The notes: generated by a model from the sequence alone, not told the origin. 64,000 bases of DNA from Nitrososphaerales archaeon (GCA_965197925.1 CBDAOC010000018.1:290407-354406), one strand, 5' to 3'. Positions 30,109 through 41,540 are shown, counted from the stretch's first letter. Numbers and translations: made by a program.

Positions 30109-31437
30109 TCAAGACTTACCAGTTACCTTTTCTGCTGTAAACTTCTCTGTTACTTCCTGCACTATCCCCGCGGCTATTGTTGTACCCATATCTCTCAAGG
30201 CAAACCTTCCTAGCTCAGGATACTCCTTGAATGTTTCAATGCACATTGGTCTAACTGGTCTTATCTTCACTATAGCGGAATCTCCACTCTTTAGGAACTT
30301 TGGATTTTCTTCAACAGTTTGTCCACTTCTGGGGTCTATCTTTGCCAAAAATTCAGTAATTGTTGCAGCTACTTGAGAAGTGTGTGCATGAAGAACTGGT
30401 GTATACCCTGGTGCCAAGGCTGTGGGATGAAAAATTACAATTATCTGAGCTTTGAACTCCTTTGCGGCTGTTGGAGGGCTACTTACAGGTCCAACAACAT
30501 CACCGCGTTTAATAGCCTTCTTGTCTATGCCTCGAAGGTTAAATCCAATATTGTCTCCTGCAAACGCCTCAGCTATTTCTGAATGATGAGTTTCAATGGA
30601 TTTTATTTCTCCAGCAGCTCCTTCTGGCATCACAATAATCTTATCAGCCGGTTTCATACTCCCTGTCTCTATTCTTCCTACTGGTACAGTACCTACACCA
30701 GTAATCGAATAAACATCTTGTATAGGAATTCTAAGTGGTTTGTGAATAGGTTTTTCAGGTTCTACAAATTCATCTAATGCCTGAAGAAGAGTTGGACCCT
30801 CATACCAAGTCATATTTTCTGATTTTTTATCTAGATGATCGCCCTTCCATCCTGAAACTGGAATGATTCTCATTTTATCGGTTTTGTATCCTACACCTTT
30901 AAGCAAGTGCTCGACAACCGCCTTTACTTCCTCAAATCTATCCTTTGAATAATTCACTATCTGGTCGTCCATCTTGTTTATACAAACAATAAGCTGGGTT
31001 ACACCAAGGGTTCTCAATAGAAATGCATGTTCTCTTCCCTGCCCTCCAGGATCGACAGACACCTCCGTTTCACCCTTTTTTCCAGATATAACAAGAACAG
31101 CACAATCAGCTTCAGATGCCCCGGTTATCATGTTCTTTACAAAGTCCCTATGTCCGGGAGCATCAATGAGTGTAAAGAAGAATTTTTTAGTCTCGAACTT
31201 CTGAAATGCGAGGTCTATTGTTATACCCCTCTCACGCTCATCCTTAAGTTTGTCAAGAACCCAAGCAAACTTGAAAGTATCTCCTTTACCCGTCTTTTCG
31301 GATTCTTTTGCATACTCATTGATTGTTCTTTGATCAATAGCACCAGTAGAGAACAACAAGTGTCCAACCAATGTTGATTTACCATGATCAGCATGACCTG
31401 TTATTATAATATTCAAATGCGGTTTCTTGCTACTCAT
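30109..31437 (-). CDS. tuf: elongation factor 1-alpha
   Basis: GHADHGKST, ERERGITI, DAPGH, NKMD, LGRFALRDMG. Confidence 0.98.
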   Translation of the reverse strand: MSSKKPHLNIIITGHADHGKSTLVGHLLFSTGAIDQRTINEYAKESEKTGKGDTFKFAWVLDKLKDERERGITIDLAFQKFETKKFFFTLIDAPGHRDFVKNMITGASEADCAVLVISGKKGETEVSVDPGGQGREHAFLLRTLGVTQLIVCINKMDDQIVNYSKDRFEEVKAVVEHLLKGVGYKTDKMRIIPVSGWKGDHLDKKSENMTWYEGPTLLQALDEFVEPEKPIHKPLRIPIQDVYSITGVGTVPVGRIETGSMKPADKIIVMPEGAAGEIKSIETHHSEIAEAFAGDNIGFNLRGIDKKAIKRGDVVGPVSSPPTAAKEFKAQIIVIFHPTALAPGYTPVLHAHTSQVAATITEFLAKIDPRSGQTVEENPKFLKSGDSAIVKIRPVRPMCIETFKEYPELGRFALRDMGTTIAAGIVQEVTEKFTAEKVTGKS

Positions 31438-31686
31438 ACACCCATACATCTGTGGTAGGGCTTTATTTGCATTTCGATTTGTGAATAAGATTAGAAATGG
31501 TATGAAATGAAGAAAATAAATATATTAATGATCGGGTCTCTAAATACCATATTCCAGACCTAGGGTTCTCAAAAAAAAACCTTTGCCTTGACATTTTTCA
31601 AGAACTTTTTCAGGGTATTTAATAAGAAATATAGGAAACCCATTACTTATGGTATATAATTTTACCCAAATACAAGGTGTATATAG

Positions 31687-32262
31687 TTAGTGTGAAGATG
31701 GGATGGAATTTTCTAAGATTGACTGTTCAATTAGAGGATCCTTGTCCTTCTCTCGCTTCTTTACCATTTTTTTCTTAAGGCTGTCAAGATCTCCATCCAT
31801 TCCGAAGTAATCCTGGAACTTTTTTGTAGTTTGGTAAATTTTCAAGCGTCCTAATTTCTGATAAGTAAGAAAACCTGATTGAATCAATAATTTAAGATGC
31901 CCATATACCTGACTCCCACGTATTTCTACCATTTGTTTTGAAGTCACAGGCTGCATGTAAACAAGACAGGAGAGGGTTTTGAGGGTAGCATGAGAGAGGA
32001 ACGGCCTTGAAGCAAATTTTCGTACAACAGAGTTATATCGCAATTTTAACTGCAGGGCAAACGAACCATCTTGTAACTGGATAAGTTCGAGGGCGTGTAG
32101 ATGTGAATTTATCATTTCACCAAGTTCTTTGGCCATTTTAACAGCTTTATTTAAAGAGTCCGTACCAGCAGCCTTCTGAATTTCTTCCACACTCAAGGGT
32201 CTCCCAGCAGCATAAAGAGCAGCTTCTATACGTGCAAGCATCTCAATATCTCTATTAACCAT
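31687..32262 (-). CDS. scpB: SMC-Scp complex subunit ScpB
   Basis: IEAALYAAGRPL, QPVT...IRG, YQTTKKFQDYFG. Confidence 0.93.
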   Translation of the reverse strand: MVNRDIEMLARIEAALYAAGRPLSVEEIQKAAGTDSLNKAVKMAKELGEMINSHLHALELIQLQDGSFALQLKLRYNSVVRKFASRPFLSHATLKTLSCLVYMQPVTSKQMVEIRGSQVYGHLKLLIQSGFLTYQKLGRLKIYQTTKKFQDYFGMDGDLDSLKKKMVKKREKDKDPLIEQSILENSIPSSH

Positions 32263-32337
32263 TTGTTCAAATTTAGCCTATAGACCATTTAAAAGATCCC
32301 TTTACCTCCAGTTGATCCAATTGTAAAATTTTACAAA

Positions 32338-33015
32338 TTAGGATTTGAGAACCAATCTTATGTCGTCCTCGGTCTGCTCCAGATCTATCTTCTCATGCAT
32401 GGCGAGGTATAGCATTCCTATAAAGTATCGTGCTACCTCAATAGGCTCCATGGTCATAATGAACTCATTGAACATCAATATTTTGTTTTCTAGCAGCTTT
32501 TCAAAAATCGCACCCTTATATTTTTCCAGTAGCTCATCGAACGATATGAGATACTTGTCAAGTTCATGACTTTCAATAGGTTCTATTTCCAGCTCTTTCT
32601 TATGCCTTGGATTGGCTATTTGCGCCATCATATTTTCTAGGACTCCCAACAAGTCTTCCAATGAAACGGGATATGTGGCCTCATATCTGTACGGCATGTC
32701 CAAAACTTTGATGTTTTCAACCATACTTCTATCAGCAAGAGTTTTTCGTTGCATTGCTATTTTTTCTAATGCAAAGATGCTTTCTACCTTCAACCTGAGG
32801 ATTATGGCAGAAGATAAGGCAGCAAGCCCACAAAGCCTCAGATCCCTATCTTCAGAGGTATCAAGAATTGCAACTAGCTTTTCAAGTAACGATGTTATGT
32901 CTATATCCCAAATATTTTTCTTGGCGACTAGGTTAGGATTGAAGAGGATATTTAGTGGAGGCTTTGAGATGGTTTCTTGTGATTGTAGAGGCTTCAATCC
33001 CTCCTCTTCATTCAT
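32338..33015 (-). CDS. scpA: kleisin ScpA
   Basis: WDIDI, DLRLCG.A.LSSA...RLK, C-terminal FIGMLYLA; adjacent to scpB. Confidence 0.85.
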   Translation of the reverse strand: MNEEEGLKPLQSQETISKPPLNILFNPNLVAKKNIWDIDITSLLEKLVAILDTSEDRDLRLCGLAALSSAIILRLKVESIFALEKIAMQRKTLADRSMVENIKVLDMPYRYEATYPVSLEDLLGVLENMMAQIANPRHKKELEIEPIESHELDKYLISFDELLEKYKGAIFEKLLENKILMFNEFIMTMEPIEVARYFIGMLYLAMHEKIDLEQTEDDIRLVLKS

Positions 33016-33497
33016 TTACAAATATCTCAACCTTCAAATATATCAATAAACAGCTCTATTATCTTAATCTTCATAGTCAACTTTGTATTTCACTGTTTCT
33101 CAGATTTTTTTATGTTTTATACCCGTGGATAGGGGTTGGCTTGCATTTCATATCTACCCAATATGAGGATTTGAACAATGCAAATCAGCATTTGGGTAAG
33201 AAATATACATTTATGTATGACCGGACCTGGTTCTGGAGGTCATACATCTGACGGAAATATATTTTACTTTCGTACATTCTATCTTTTATACCGATAATAG
33301 TTGAAGCAATTGGGCTTGCTTGAAAGGCTATTGCCTTAGGTGGAAAAGTTTGGGAGCTTTCATTAGAGGACTAATCAAATCTATAGCAATGCTTGCTACA
33401 AGAATAGTAATTATGACTTTAAAAAATAGGATTTCACTACGGATAAGAAATGTCTTGTCGACAAAATATAATAAATTGCAGTATCCTATAACATTAT

Positions 33498-34550
33498 ATG
33501 AAAGCTGCTAGGATAATAAGGCCCAAGGAATCATTATCTATTGAAGATATTAATACTCCTAAGCCCCGGAGCACTCAAGTTCTTGTTAAAATGGATTCAG
33601 TAGGAGTTTGTCATAGCGATCTACATCTTTGGGAAGGTGGTTATGCTGGTCCTGAAGGCATATTCATGAAAGTTGAAGACCGTGGGGTAAAGTTTCCCTT
33701 GACTCCAGGACATGAAGTGGCAGGGATTGTCGAAAGTTTGGGTGAAGATGTTGAAGGTGTTAATATTGGTGATAAGATTCTAGTTTATCCGTGGATAGGA
33801 GATGGTATATGTCCGGCTTGTAGGATTGGGGAAGAAAATCTCTGTGACAAACCAAGATCTATTGGTATCTATCAAGACGGAGGTTACGCAGAATATGTTC
33901 TTGTGCCACATTACAAGTATCTTGTCAATATTGATGGTCAGGATCCAGCTGGTGTTGCATCCCTAGCATGTTCAGGTCTTACTGCATATACTGCAGTAAA
34001 GAATGCTCAGGCCAGGCCCGCTGAATCACTGGTAATTGTAGGTGCGGGTGGACTAGGCTTAATGGGTACACAGATCGCTAAGGCATTGACCAATACCACC
34101 GTAACTGTGCTTGACCTAGATGATAAAAGACTGGCTGAAGCAAAGAAACTTGGTGCTGATTACGTCATTAATTCCAAGACAACGGATCCTGTTAAGGAGA
34201 TAAAGGATCTAACAAACGGCCTAGGTGTGGATATTATCATTGATTTTGTAAATGCATCAAAAACGGTTCAGATTGATATCAATATGCTACGTAAGCGCGG
34301 AAGACTCATCCTCGTAGGATTGTTTGGCGGTTCTGTGGAACTTAATCTTGCGCTGATGCCATTACGGGCTTTCAAGATTTTAGGATCATACACTGGTAAC
34401 CTAGGTGATTTGGTGGAATTGGTTTCACTCGCCAAAAAAAATGCTGTAAAATCCATCGTGTCTAAGAAGTTTAAACTTGATGAAGCAAACGATGCCTTGA
34501 ATCAGCTAAGGCAAGGAAGGATAATAGGGAGAGCAGTAATATCTTCGTAA
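33498..34550 (+). CDS. zinc-dependent alcohol dehydrogenase
   Basis: GVCHSDLH, PGHEVAG, CPACRIG..NLC, GAGGLG. Confidence 0.93.
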   Translation: MKAARIIRPKESLSIEDINTPKPRSTQVLVKMDSVGVCHSDLHLWEGGYAGPEGIFMKVEDRGVKFPLTPGHEVAGIVESLGEDVEGVNIGDKILVYPWIGDGICPACRIGEENLCDKPRSIGIYQDGGYAEYVLVPHYKYLVNIDGQDPAGVASLACSGLTAYTAVKNAQARPAESLVIVGAGGLGLMGTQIAKALTNTTVTVLDLDDKRLAEAKKLGADYVINSKTTDPVKEIKDLTNGLGVDIIIDFVNASKTVQIDINMLRKRGRLILVGLFGGSVELNLALMPLRAFKILGSYTGNLGDLVELVSLAKKNAVKSIVSKKFKLDEANDALNQLRQGRIIGRAVISS

Positions 34551-34585
34551 AACAAAAAGATAGGGGTTTCATTGCATTACTTGGG

Positions 34586-34831
34586 TTACTGACTTCCTTG
34601 TCCCTGAATTACTATTAGCGTAACAGTGGATCGTACCTTAGACATTCTTCTGATTTTCCAAGTTATAGTATCCTTCAATGAATCCATTTGATCTGACTCC
34701 ACCCTTGCAACTATATCATAGACGCCATAGGTGCCCTGCACATCCTTTACGCTATCAAGGGCTTTGATCTCCTTAATTATGTCTTCTTCAGAACCAAGGT
34801 CACAATTTATCAGTACATAAGCAGCTGGCAT
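34586..34831 (-). CDS. Lrp/AsnC ligand-binding (stand-alone RAM domain) protein
   Basis: MPAAYVLINC...GTYGVYDIVA..E...IRRM..VRSTVTL; no HTH. Confidence 0.88.
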   Translation of the reverse strand: MPAAYVLINCDLGSEEDIIKEIKALDSVKDVQGTYGVYDIVARVESDQMDSLKDTITWKIRRMSKVRSTVTLIVIQGQGSQ

Positions 34832-35362
34832 AAACAATATTACTACAGCAGTAGTATATAGCAATTTAATAATAATTTAAATACTGTTCACTTAATTTTC
34901 TAAAGCAAATTACGAATTACAAGATATGTGCCTAACAATTCCCTCAATGAATTGATTCCTAGGCGTAGTATTAATTTTTTATCCACCTCTTTATGGATTG
35001 AGATTGGGAGAATGTTGTCTGAGGATAATAATTCCAAATCTAAGAGTTTATGGTAAAATGGTTGTAAAAAATCACAAATTAATATTGCTGATATACTAAA
35101 TGCATACGTAATATAGAAGAGGAATTTAATTAACTTTACATGTCTTAATCTACCTGTCATATCTATAAGTTTTGTCAGAGACCTTTGGGAAACTAACATA
35201 GTAAAACGTATGAACTTTTAATGAACAAACCAAATCTTACATAAGTTCTACCTAAATTTCCGAGTTAATGAATATCAATCTTAATATTTATGCGAATTAT
35301 GAGGAAAATATTGTTAAACAAAAGAACAATTATAAGGCTTAAAGCTAGCTGTTATCCATTTA

Positions 35363-36118
35363 ATGTCAAGTGATAATGTAACGGAGGGGGAAATAAAAGA
35401 GTTCGATCAGTATGGAGAGTATACCGTAGAACAAAAAATAGGAAAGCAATTCGGCTCCATTAATCTTGTCATGTTCAGAATAGATCACAACAAATATGGT
35501 TATCAACGTTTTCAAAATGGAAATTTAGTGGTGGAAAAGGTCATCGCCTCTGACAGACGCCTTGTTCTAGGTATATTTCCGATCGCCCCACTTAATATTC
35601 CAGCCAAATATGGAAGTCATATCATGTTGAAATTAACAACACCACTTGTAATCGATACAAAATCCCATGTTGATGCTTATCTTACTATGCCTGTAGAGAT
35701 GGGGGTAGTTCGTACTAACGAAGATGACGTTCAGATTATAGATGCATTTTCTGTAGGTCAGCCCAAGTACGCGTTATATGGTATTCCTGAAGCTGGTATT
35801 GTATGCAGGTATTTCGAAACAAGGATCAATTCTGAAATACCAAAAGTTGCTGCATTTAGTGAAGCTGTGGTGCGCACGCATTTTCATAATTATACAAATA
35901 AAATTAGCACAATAAATCGGATAGTGTTTCCAGTAGAGGGGGCTGATTTTTACTACCGAAACAATGAGGCCTATTACAGAGATATAGAGGCGGTTATAGA
36001 GGGAAACCTGTTGCAGGCTGTCCTGAGTATTAATGTTACAGATGGAGAATGGGTGGGGAAAAAAACTAATTTAAAACAAAAATTTGATGGAAAGTACGTA
36101 ATGGAGTGGGGGTTCTAA
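35363..36118 (+). CDS. DUF432-family protein
   Basis: FPIAPLN.P, MPVEMGV, KYALYG.PE.G..CRY, C-terminal MEWG; upstream of MscS. Confidence 0.75.
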   Translation: MSSDNVTEGEIKEFDQYGEYTVEQKIGKQFGSINLVMFRIDHNKYGYQRFQNGNLVVEKVIASDRRLVLGIFPIAPLNIPAKYGSHIMLKLTTPLVIDTKSHVDAYLTMPVEMGVVRTNEDDVQIIDAFSVGQPKYALYGIPEAGIVCRYFETRINSEIPKVAAFSEAVVRTHFHNYTNKISTINRIVFPVEGADFYYRNNEAYYRDIEAVIEGNLLQAVLSINVTDGEWVGKKTNLKQKFDGKYVMEWGF

Positions 36119-36119
36119 A

Positions 36120-37100
36120 TTGGCGGAACTTTTCCCCCCAACAATAAATATTTTGGGAACAGAAATTGAGATTCTAACCCTCGTTGTAACTATACTGATT
36201 ATCGCGATTGGTATATCCGTTGCGACTATTGTTAAGTTTACAATAACTCGGCTTTTGGGTAAATACATTCCTGATCCGACAGAGATTCTCATTAAGAGAA
36301 TACTTTATTGGGGTATAATTGCTGTGACAGTTTTTTCCGCAATTGGTAACCTAGGAGTTGATTTCACAGGCGTCTTACTTGCTGGAGGCATTATAGGAAT
36401 TGTAATTGGTTTTGCAACACAATCAATAGTAGCAAACTTAATTTCTGGTATATTCTTGCAGCTTGACAGAGCAGTGAAGATAGGAGACCCTGTTGAAGTC
36501 GTTGACATGGGTGTTTCGGGTATTATGAAGGAAATAACTGCTTTTTCTACCAGGATAAGGAGATGGGATGGTGTTTTAATCAGAATACCAAACGAAAAGA
36601 TCTTTACCTCGCAGTTAAGAAACTTTACTGGACATATAGCGAGGCGTGTTGAAGTTACTGTTGGTATTGCATACAAGGAAGATGCCTCGGCGGCGATACA
36701 GTTAATTACGGATATGGCATCCAGAAATCCCAAAATATTTGCTGAACCGGCCCCACAAATTGTAGTGTGGGAGCTTGCTGATTCTAGCGTAAATATAATT
36801 ATCAAGGTATGGACTGTTTCTCAAGAATGGTTCCCAGTAAGGATTGAAATAATGGGGCAGCTCAAAGATTTACTTGATAATGCTGGGATTGAGATACCAT
36901 TCCCGCATCGTACACTATGGTTTGGAGAATCGAAGGACGGTACAAAAGATACCCTAGAAGTCGCAGTAAAGGAAGCAAAGGGGGAAACTAAAGCCACACT
37001 CGTACCTGCATCTACGACAAGAGAAGAGAATGAAGTTATATCAAGAAAGGATAAAGATGCTTCCGCTGAAAACGATTCTAGCGGCGCCGATGGGTTCTAG
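36120..37100 (+). CDS. mscS: small-conductance mechanosensitive channel
   Basis: Three TM helices, GFATQ..ANLISG, GD.V, IPN, VGIAY, GIEIPFP. Confidence 0.93.
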   Translation: MAELFPPTINILGTEIEILTLVVTILIIAIGISVATIVKFTITRLLGKYIPDPTEILIKRILYWGIIAVTVFSAIGNLGVDFTGVLLAGGIIGIVIGFATQSIVANLISGIFLQLDRAVKIGDPVEVVDMGVSGIMKEITAFSTRIRRWDGVLIRIPNEKIFTSQLRNFTGHIARRVEVTVGIAYKEDASAAIQLITDMASRNPKIFAEPAPQIVVWELADSSVNIIIKVWTVSQEWFPVRIEIMGQLKDLLDNAGIEIPFPHRTLWFGESKDGTKDTLEVAVKEAKGETKATLVPASTTREENEVISRKDKDASAENDSSGADGF

Positions 37101-37819
37101 GGAATTTAACCACCAGCAAATGATAGAAATGAATAGGATTTTTTTAGAGGTTCCTACCCAAAGGGAACATCTGGATTGATTCCATTTAGAATATACTCAT
37201 TATGATTCTACTCTTGCACGAGCAAATTTATGTTGTATATGTAAATATTATTCTGAGGTAATCAACAGATCAACAATTTGAAAAGTTTTTCTACAAGTTG
37301 TATAACCATGTTTACTGTTCCATATTTGATATGACGGCTTATCATTCAGTCAATTCTTGAGAATCGTAAGGATTGTTTGTGTACTATCATCCTGTAGAAA
37401 AAGTCCAGAGCTAGGAAATAATGAGTCCTGGTTCGTGTGTCAATGGGAAGGGGATTTATGTTTACACAAAAGATGTTTTCATGACACTGGACATAGAATC
37501 ATCTGTTTATGATAAGTTTTAATTGATAGATATAAGTTATTGTGCGGAGAAGAAATAACTAGATCAAGCTTTACCCTGAAGAAGGACAAAGCCATTGTAA
37601 ATGAGTACCCTTACAATTGGAGTATTTGTTAAAATAGCGACGTTTAGTACTAACTCCCCAACAGTGTTTAGAGATGACAAATATTCTGTGGTCTATGTAT
37701 GAATATAGCGCAATGGAACCTAACATGGTAAATATTCCTGAAAATAATAATATGTATTATTTGTAAAATAGAATGTATTTCTATCTAGATTTGATTATTC
37801 ATCTGATAAATCCCCAGGA

Positions 37820-38845
37820 TTAAGTAACAATCTTTTCAAGCGAATCACTATTATTTGCAATCTTGACTTCTCTTGCAAGTCTTCTACCTGTGCTCATCGG
37901 TTCATCATAATGCAATGATGTGTAAGGAGAACCATCGACATAAAGATTTGTGCCAGCAACTATTCTCGCAGAAAATTCAAATGTTACGAACTTGCCCTCT
38001 TTATCATAGACACCTTCAATGCAGAATGGTCCAACCATACCCGGTTTGACTAGTTTCTTTGACGCTTCTACAAACCTTTCACCCATCTTAAACACTTCAT
38101 CCAGCAAGGATTCTCTCAAGACTATTGGTATATTGCCTACAACTGTGAACGAAGGGTTTATGTCGACCTGCTGCTGGTGTTTGCTTGAAATTCTTCCTAA
38201 TCCATCAATATCAGATTCGTATCTCCGATCAATACCCATAAACTCAATTTCCTCGCTTAATGGAGAATAGAAATACTGTAGATATACAGGGACTCCAAAT
38301 ACATATTCTTGTATGTATAATTCGTTCTGAGTCTTTATCAGTCCCTCTTTTTTAAGATTATCAGCACCCTCTATGAAACTCTTATTATCCCATGCGAGGA
38401 AATACCCCCTGCCTCCAGCTGCGCCATGTAATTTCACGATAACCAATCCATTGATATCAGCCGGGCTCCTAACACTACTTGGCGTTTCCAACTTGGATTC
38501 AATGATTAATTGTTCCTTTAATTTTCTATCAGCCTCCCAGCGCAGTATCCATCTGTTACCAAAAAAAGGAACATTTAGACTCTCGATTTGGTTGCTATTC
38601 ATGCTAGAAATCAATGTGCCATGTGGTACAAGAATTGCATTATTTTCTCTCAGAATATTAAGAACTTTTTGATCAAGTATCTCTTGAAATTTATCTACAA
38701 TAATAACTTCATCGATGAATCTAAAACGCCTGTACAGTTCTTCTCTTCTTTTTTCACAAACTAGTAATGTTTTTAATCCCTCATCTTTAGCTCCCTTCAA
38801 TACCTGCAATGCACAATGGGAACCCAGTGTCGATATGGCATTCAT
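37820..38845 (-). CDS. purP: PurP-family FAICAR synthetase (ATP-grasp)
   Basis: TLGSHCALQ, VPHGT, GGRGYF, DRRYESDIDG, LRESLL, SARIVAGTN. Confidence 0.92.
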   Translation of the reverse strand: MNAISTLGSHCALQVLKGAKDEGLKTLLVCEKRREELYRRFRFIDEVIIVDKFQEILDQKVLNILRENNAILVPHGTLISSMNSNQIESLNVPFFGNRWILRWEADRKLKEQLIIESKLETPSSVRSPADINGLVIVKLHGAAGGRGYFLAWDNKSFIEGADNLKKEGLIKTQNELYIQEYVFGVPVYLQYFYSPLSEEIEFMGIDRRYESDIDGLGRISSKHQQQVDINPSFTVVGNIPIVLRESLLDEVFKMGERFVEASKKLVKPGMVGPFCIEGVYDKEGKFVTFEFSARIVAGTNLYVDGSPYTSLHYDEPMSTGRRLAREVKIANNSDSLEKIVT

Positions 38846-39005
38846 TACATTAACTACAGGAGGGGTGATTAAAAACTTAACAGTTGAAATCTTAGCATGG
38901 AACATAATTGAAACTTCTCCCATTTCACACCATAATTTCCTCTATCATTTTAGAAAATCATTGTATTGTGTTAAATTAATAAGAAGTAATTCATTGTGGT
39001 AAATA

Positions 39006-39920
39006 ATGCATTCTAAAATGGCACACACTGCAGAGCATATCTTTATGGGAAGTTTGCAACACCTGATTGGTGGTATAACCGTAAGGAAAGTCGAACATCG
39101 AGACATAATCAACAAAGTATATCTGAAGAGTCCGGAACTTACATTAGACATAATCTATGAGGCCGAAGTTAAGACAAATAGCATAATAGAAGAAGGGAGA
39201 AAGGTGAAGGAACAAGTGTTCCCATCGATAAAAGAAGCTCGTCAAGCATTTCCAAATATGCGTGCTTATGAGGAACGCATATCTGGAGAGGTTAGAGTAA
39301 TAGAGGTTGAGAATCATGATTCGTCAGCTTGTGCAAGGGAGCATGCAGAGAAAACAAGTGAATGTGAATTCTTTCTTATTACGAGGATATCTAAACAAGG
39401 CGATCAGTACGAAGTAGAATTTCTTACAGGAAAAGAGGCAAGAAAATCAGCCTTGGATCTGAGTATGAAGTGTCTAAGTGTTGCAAGGGAGCTTGGTGCC
39501 AGTATTACAACATTGGAAGCCACGGCTAAGAATATGAGAAACCAGCTAGAGATGTACAAACAGAGAATGGTTATTCTTACAGAGAATTTTATAGGGTCCT
39601 TGAAACCTACAAATAAAAATGGTAAGGTCATTTATGGCATAATCACGGAAATGCTTGACGATTCAGTTATAATGGAAAAGGTTGGAGAGATTATAAAACA
39701 AAATAATACTATAGTATTATTTGTAAATGTTAATAGCAGCGGAAGGATCATACTGGGATGTAATGAGAAATTACAAGTGGACTGCGTTGGAATACTGAAA
39801 AATTGTCTTGGTAAATTCGGAGGCAAGGGAGGAGGGAAAGTCAATTTTGCAACAGGTTCTGTTCCCAAAGAGAAAGTAGAAGAAACATTCAATGCTTTAC
39901 GTAAAGAGTTAAATTGCTAG
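39006..39920 (+). CDS. AlaX-type tRNA editing protein with C-terminal DHHA1 domain
   Basis: HTAEH (HxxxH) and CAREH (CxxxH) zinc ligands; GGKGGG..FATG. Confidence 0.8.
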   Translation: MHSKMAHTAEHIFMGSLQHLIGGITVRKVEHRDIINKVYLKSPELTLDIIYEAEVKTNSIIEEGRKVKEQVFPSIKEARQAFPNMRAYEERISGEVRVIEVENHDSSACAREHAEKTSECEFFLITRISKQGDQYEVEFLTGKEARKSALDLSMKCLSVARELGASITTLEATAKNMRNQLEMYKQRMVILTENFIGSLKPTNKNGKVIYGIITEMLDDSVIMEKVGEIIKQNNTIVLFVNVNSSGRIILGCNEKLQVDCVGILKNCLGKFGGKGGGKVNFATGSVPKEKVEETFNALRKELNC

Positions 39921-39935
39921 TTCAGAGGTTTTGTT

Positions 39936-41258
39936 GTGTTGAGTGAGAGAGAGCTTGGCGATTGGAGAAGAACACACTATTCATCAGAGATAAATCCTGA
40001 TTTAAACGAAAATAAGGTTCTTGTTATGGGTTGGGTTGCTAGTATTCGTGATCATGGGAACATAGTATTTATCATTCTTACTGATAAAAATGGAGAGATG
40101 CAAGTAACTGCTAAGCTCGATGAGTGTGGTAAGGGACTTTTTGACAACATCAGAAAAGTGAAAGAACATTCAAGTATAGGGGTGAAGGGTAGGGTAAGAA
40201 GCATACAGAATGCACCCATGGGGGCAGAAATTATTCCTGAAGAGATAAAGATTTTTGCGATAGCAACAAAGTTGCCTCCCTTTCAGGTGTATAGTAGAAC
40301 TATGAGCAATATAGATACAAGGTTGGATCTTAGAGCTGTTGATCTTCGTAGAAAAGTTTTGCAGTCAGTTTTTAAGCTTAGGCACAGCACTCTAAATGCT
40401 GTACGGGAATTTCTTAACAAGGAGGGATTTATTGAAGTTAATACACCAAAGATGATAGCTACCGCAACAGAAGGAGGTGCCGCGCTCTTCCCGATATTTT
40501 ACTATGATAGAGAGGCTTTTCTTGCACAGAGCCCCCAATTGTACAAGGAGGAGCTGACGATGGCATTTGAACGTGTTTTTGAAATAGGGCCGATATTTAG
40601 AGCAGAACCATCTCGAACCATGCGACATCTATCAGAATCAATATCGATAGACACAGAAGTAGCCTTTGCAGATTACAATGATGTTATACACCTACTAGAA
40701 AGAATAATTTCCTACGTTATAGAATACATTACGAGAGTGAATGCTACAGAGTTAAATGTTCTAGAAAGTAAGATAGAAAAGCCCAAACTGCCAATTTTAA
40801 GATATAATTACAGTGAACTTGTTGAGCTATTGAGGAAGGAAGGTGAGAGGATAGAGTGGGGAGATGACTTTTCTACTGATAATCTAAAAAAACTTGGATC
40901 CATAGTTCAAGGGTATTACTTCATTACTGATTGGCCATCATCATCAAAGCCATTTTATGCAAAGCCTAAGGCTAGTGAGGAGAAATTATCTGAATCATTC
41001 GATCTCATGTATGGTGAGTTGGAAATATCATCAGGTAGCAGTAGAATAAACAGGAGAGAGGAGCTGATGACACGCATGAAGAAGCAGGGTTTAAATTCTG
41101 ATGCTTTTGATTATCATCTTAGAGTTTTTGATTATGGAATGCCACCCCATGCTGGCTTTGGTCTTGGCCTTGAGCGGTTTCTAATGACCTTCACAAATGT
41201 AGGAAATATAAGGGATACTACACTTTACCCTAGAGATATAGACAGACTAAGACCGTAA
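39936..41258 (+). CDS. aspS: aspartyl-tRNA synthetase, probably non-discriminating
   Basis: WRRTHY, LAQSPQLYK, FRAE, GMPPHAGFGLGLER; Pro in the anticodon-domain loop (NAPMG); in operon with gatCAB. Confidence 0.96.
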   Translation: MLSERELGDWRRTHYSSEINPDLNENKVLVMGWVASIRDHGNIVFIILTDKNGEMQVTAKLDECGKGLFDNIRKVKEHSSIGVKGRVRSIQNAPMGAEIIPEEIKIFAIATKLPPFQVYSRTMSNIDTRLDLRAVDLRRKVLQSVFKLRHSTLNAVREFLNKEGFIEVNTPKMIATATEGGAALFPIFYYDREAFLAQSPQLYKEELTMAFERVFEIGPIFRAEPSRTMRHLSESISIDTEVAFADYNDVIHLLERIISYVIEYITRVNATELNVLESKIEKPKLPILRYNYSELVELLRKEGERIEWGDDFSTDNLKKLGSIVQGYYFITDWPSSSKPFYAKPKASEEKLSESFDLMYGELEISSGSSRINRREELMTRMKKQGLNSDAFDYHLRVFDYGMPPHAGFGLGLERFLMTFTNVGNIRDTTLYPRDIDRLRP

Positions 41259-41267
41259 GGTGGTATT

Positions 41268-41540
41268 GTGGTAAACAAAGAGGAATTGAAGCATCTAGCA
41301 TGGTTAGCAAGGATAGAACTGGACGATAAGGAACTAGAAGTATATACAATACAGGTTGAAGAGATGGTCGGTTATTTTGATTTATTGGATAAAATTTCAC
41401 TTGAAGATATTGAAGTATCTCAACAAAGTGTATCACTTGCAAGCTTAAGAGATGATATATTAAAAGAATCAGATGCCAACACATTAAGCGTTGTAAAAAA
41501 TAGTAAAGAGAGGTTCGTCAAAGCACCGAAGATGATCTGA
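41268..41540 (+). CDS. gatC: Asp-tRNA(Asn)/Glu-tRNA(Gln) amidotransferase subunit C
   Basis: HLAWLARIEL, LRDD, FVKAPKM; position before gatA. Confidence 0.92.
   Translation: MVNKEELKHLAWLARIELDDKELEVYTIQVEEMVGYFDLLDKISLEDIEVSQQSVSLASLRDDILKESDANTLSVVKNSKERFVKAPKMI

Noticed and set aside
34900..35199. 99 aa minus-strand ORF; likewise 32955-33251 and 33320-33511
   Set aside because: No recognisable domain; cannot be supported from sequence alone
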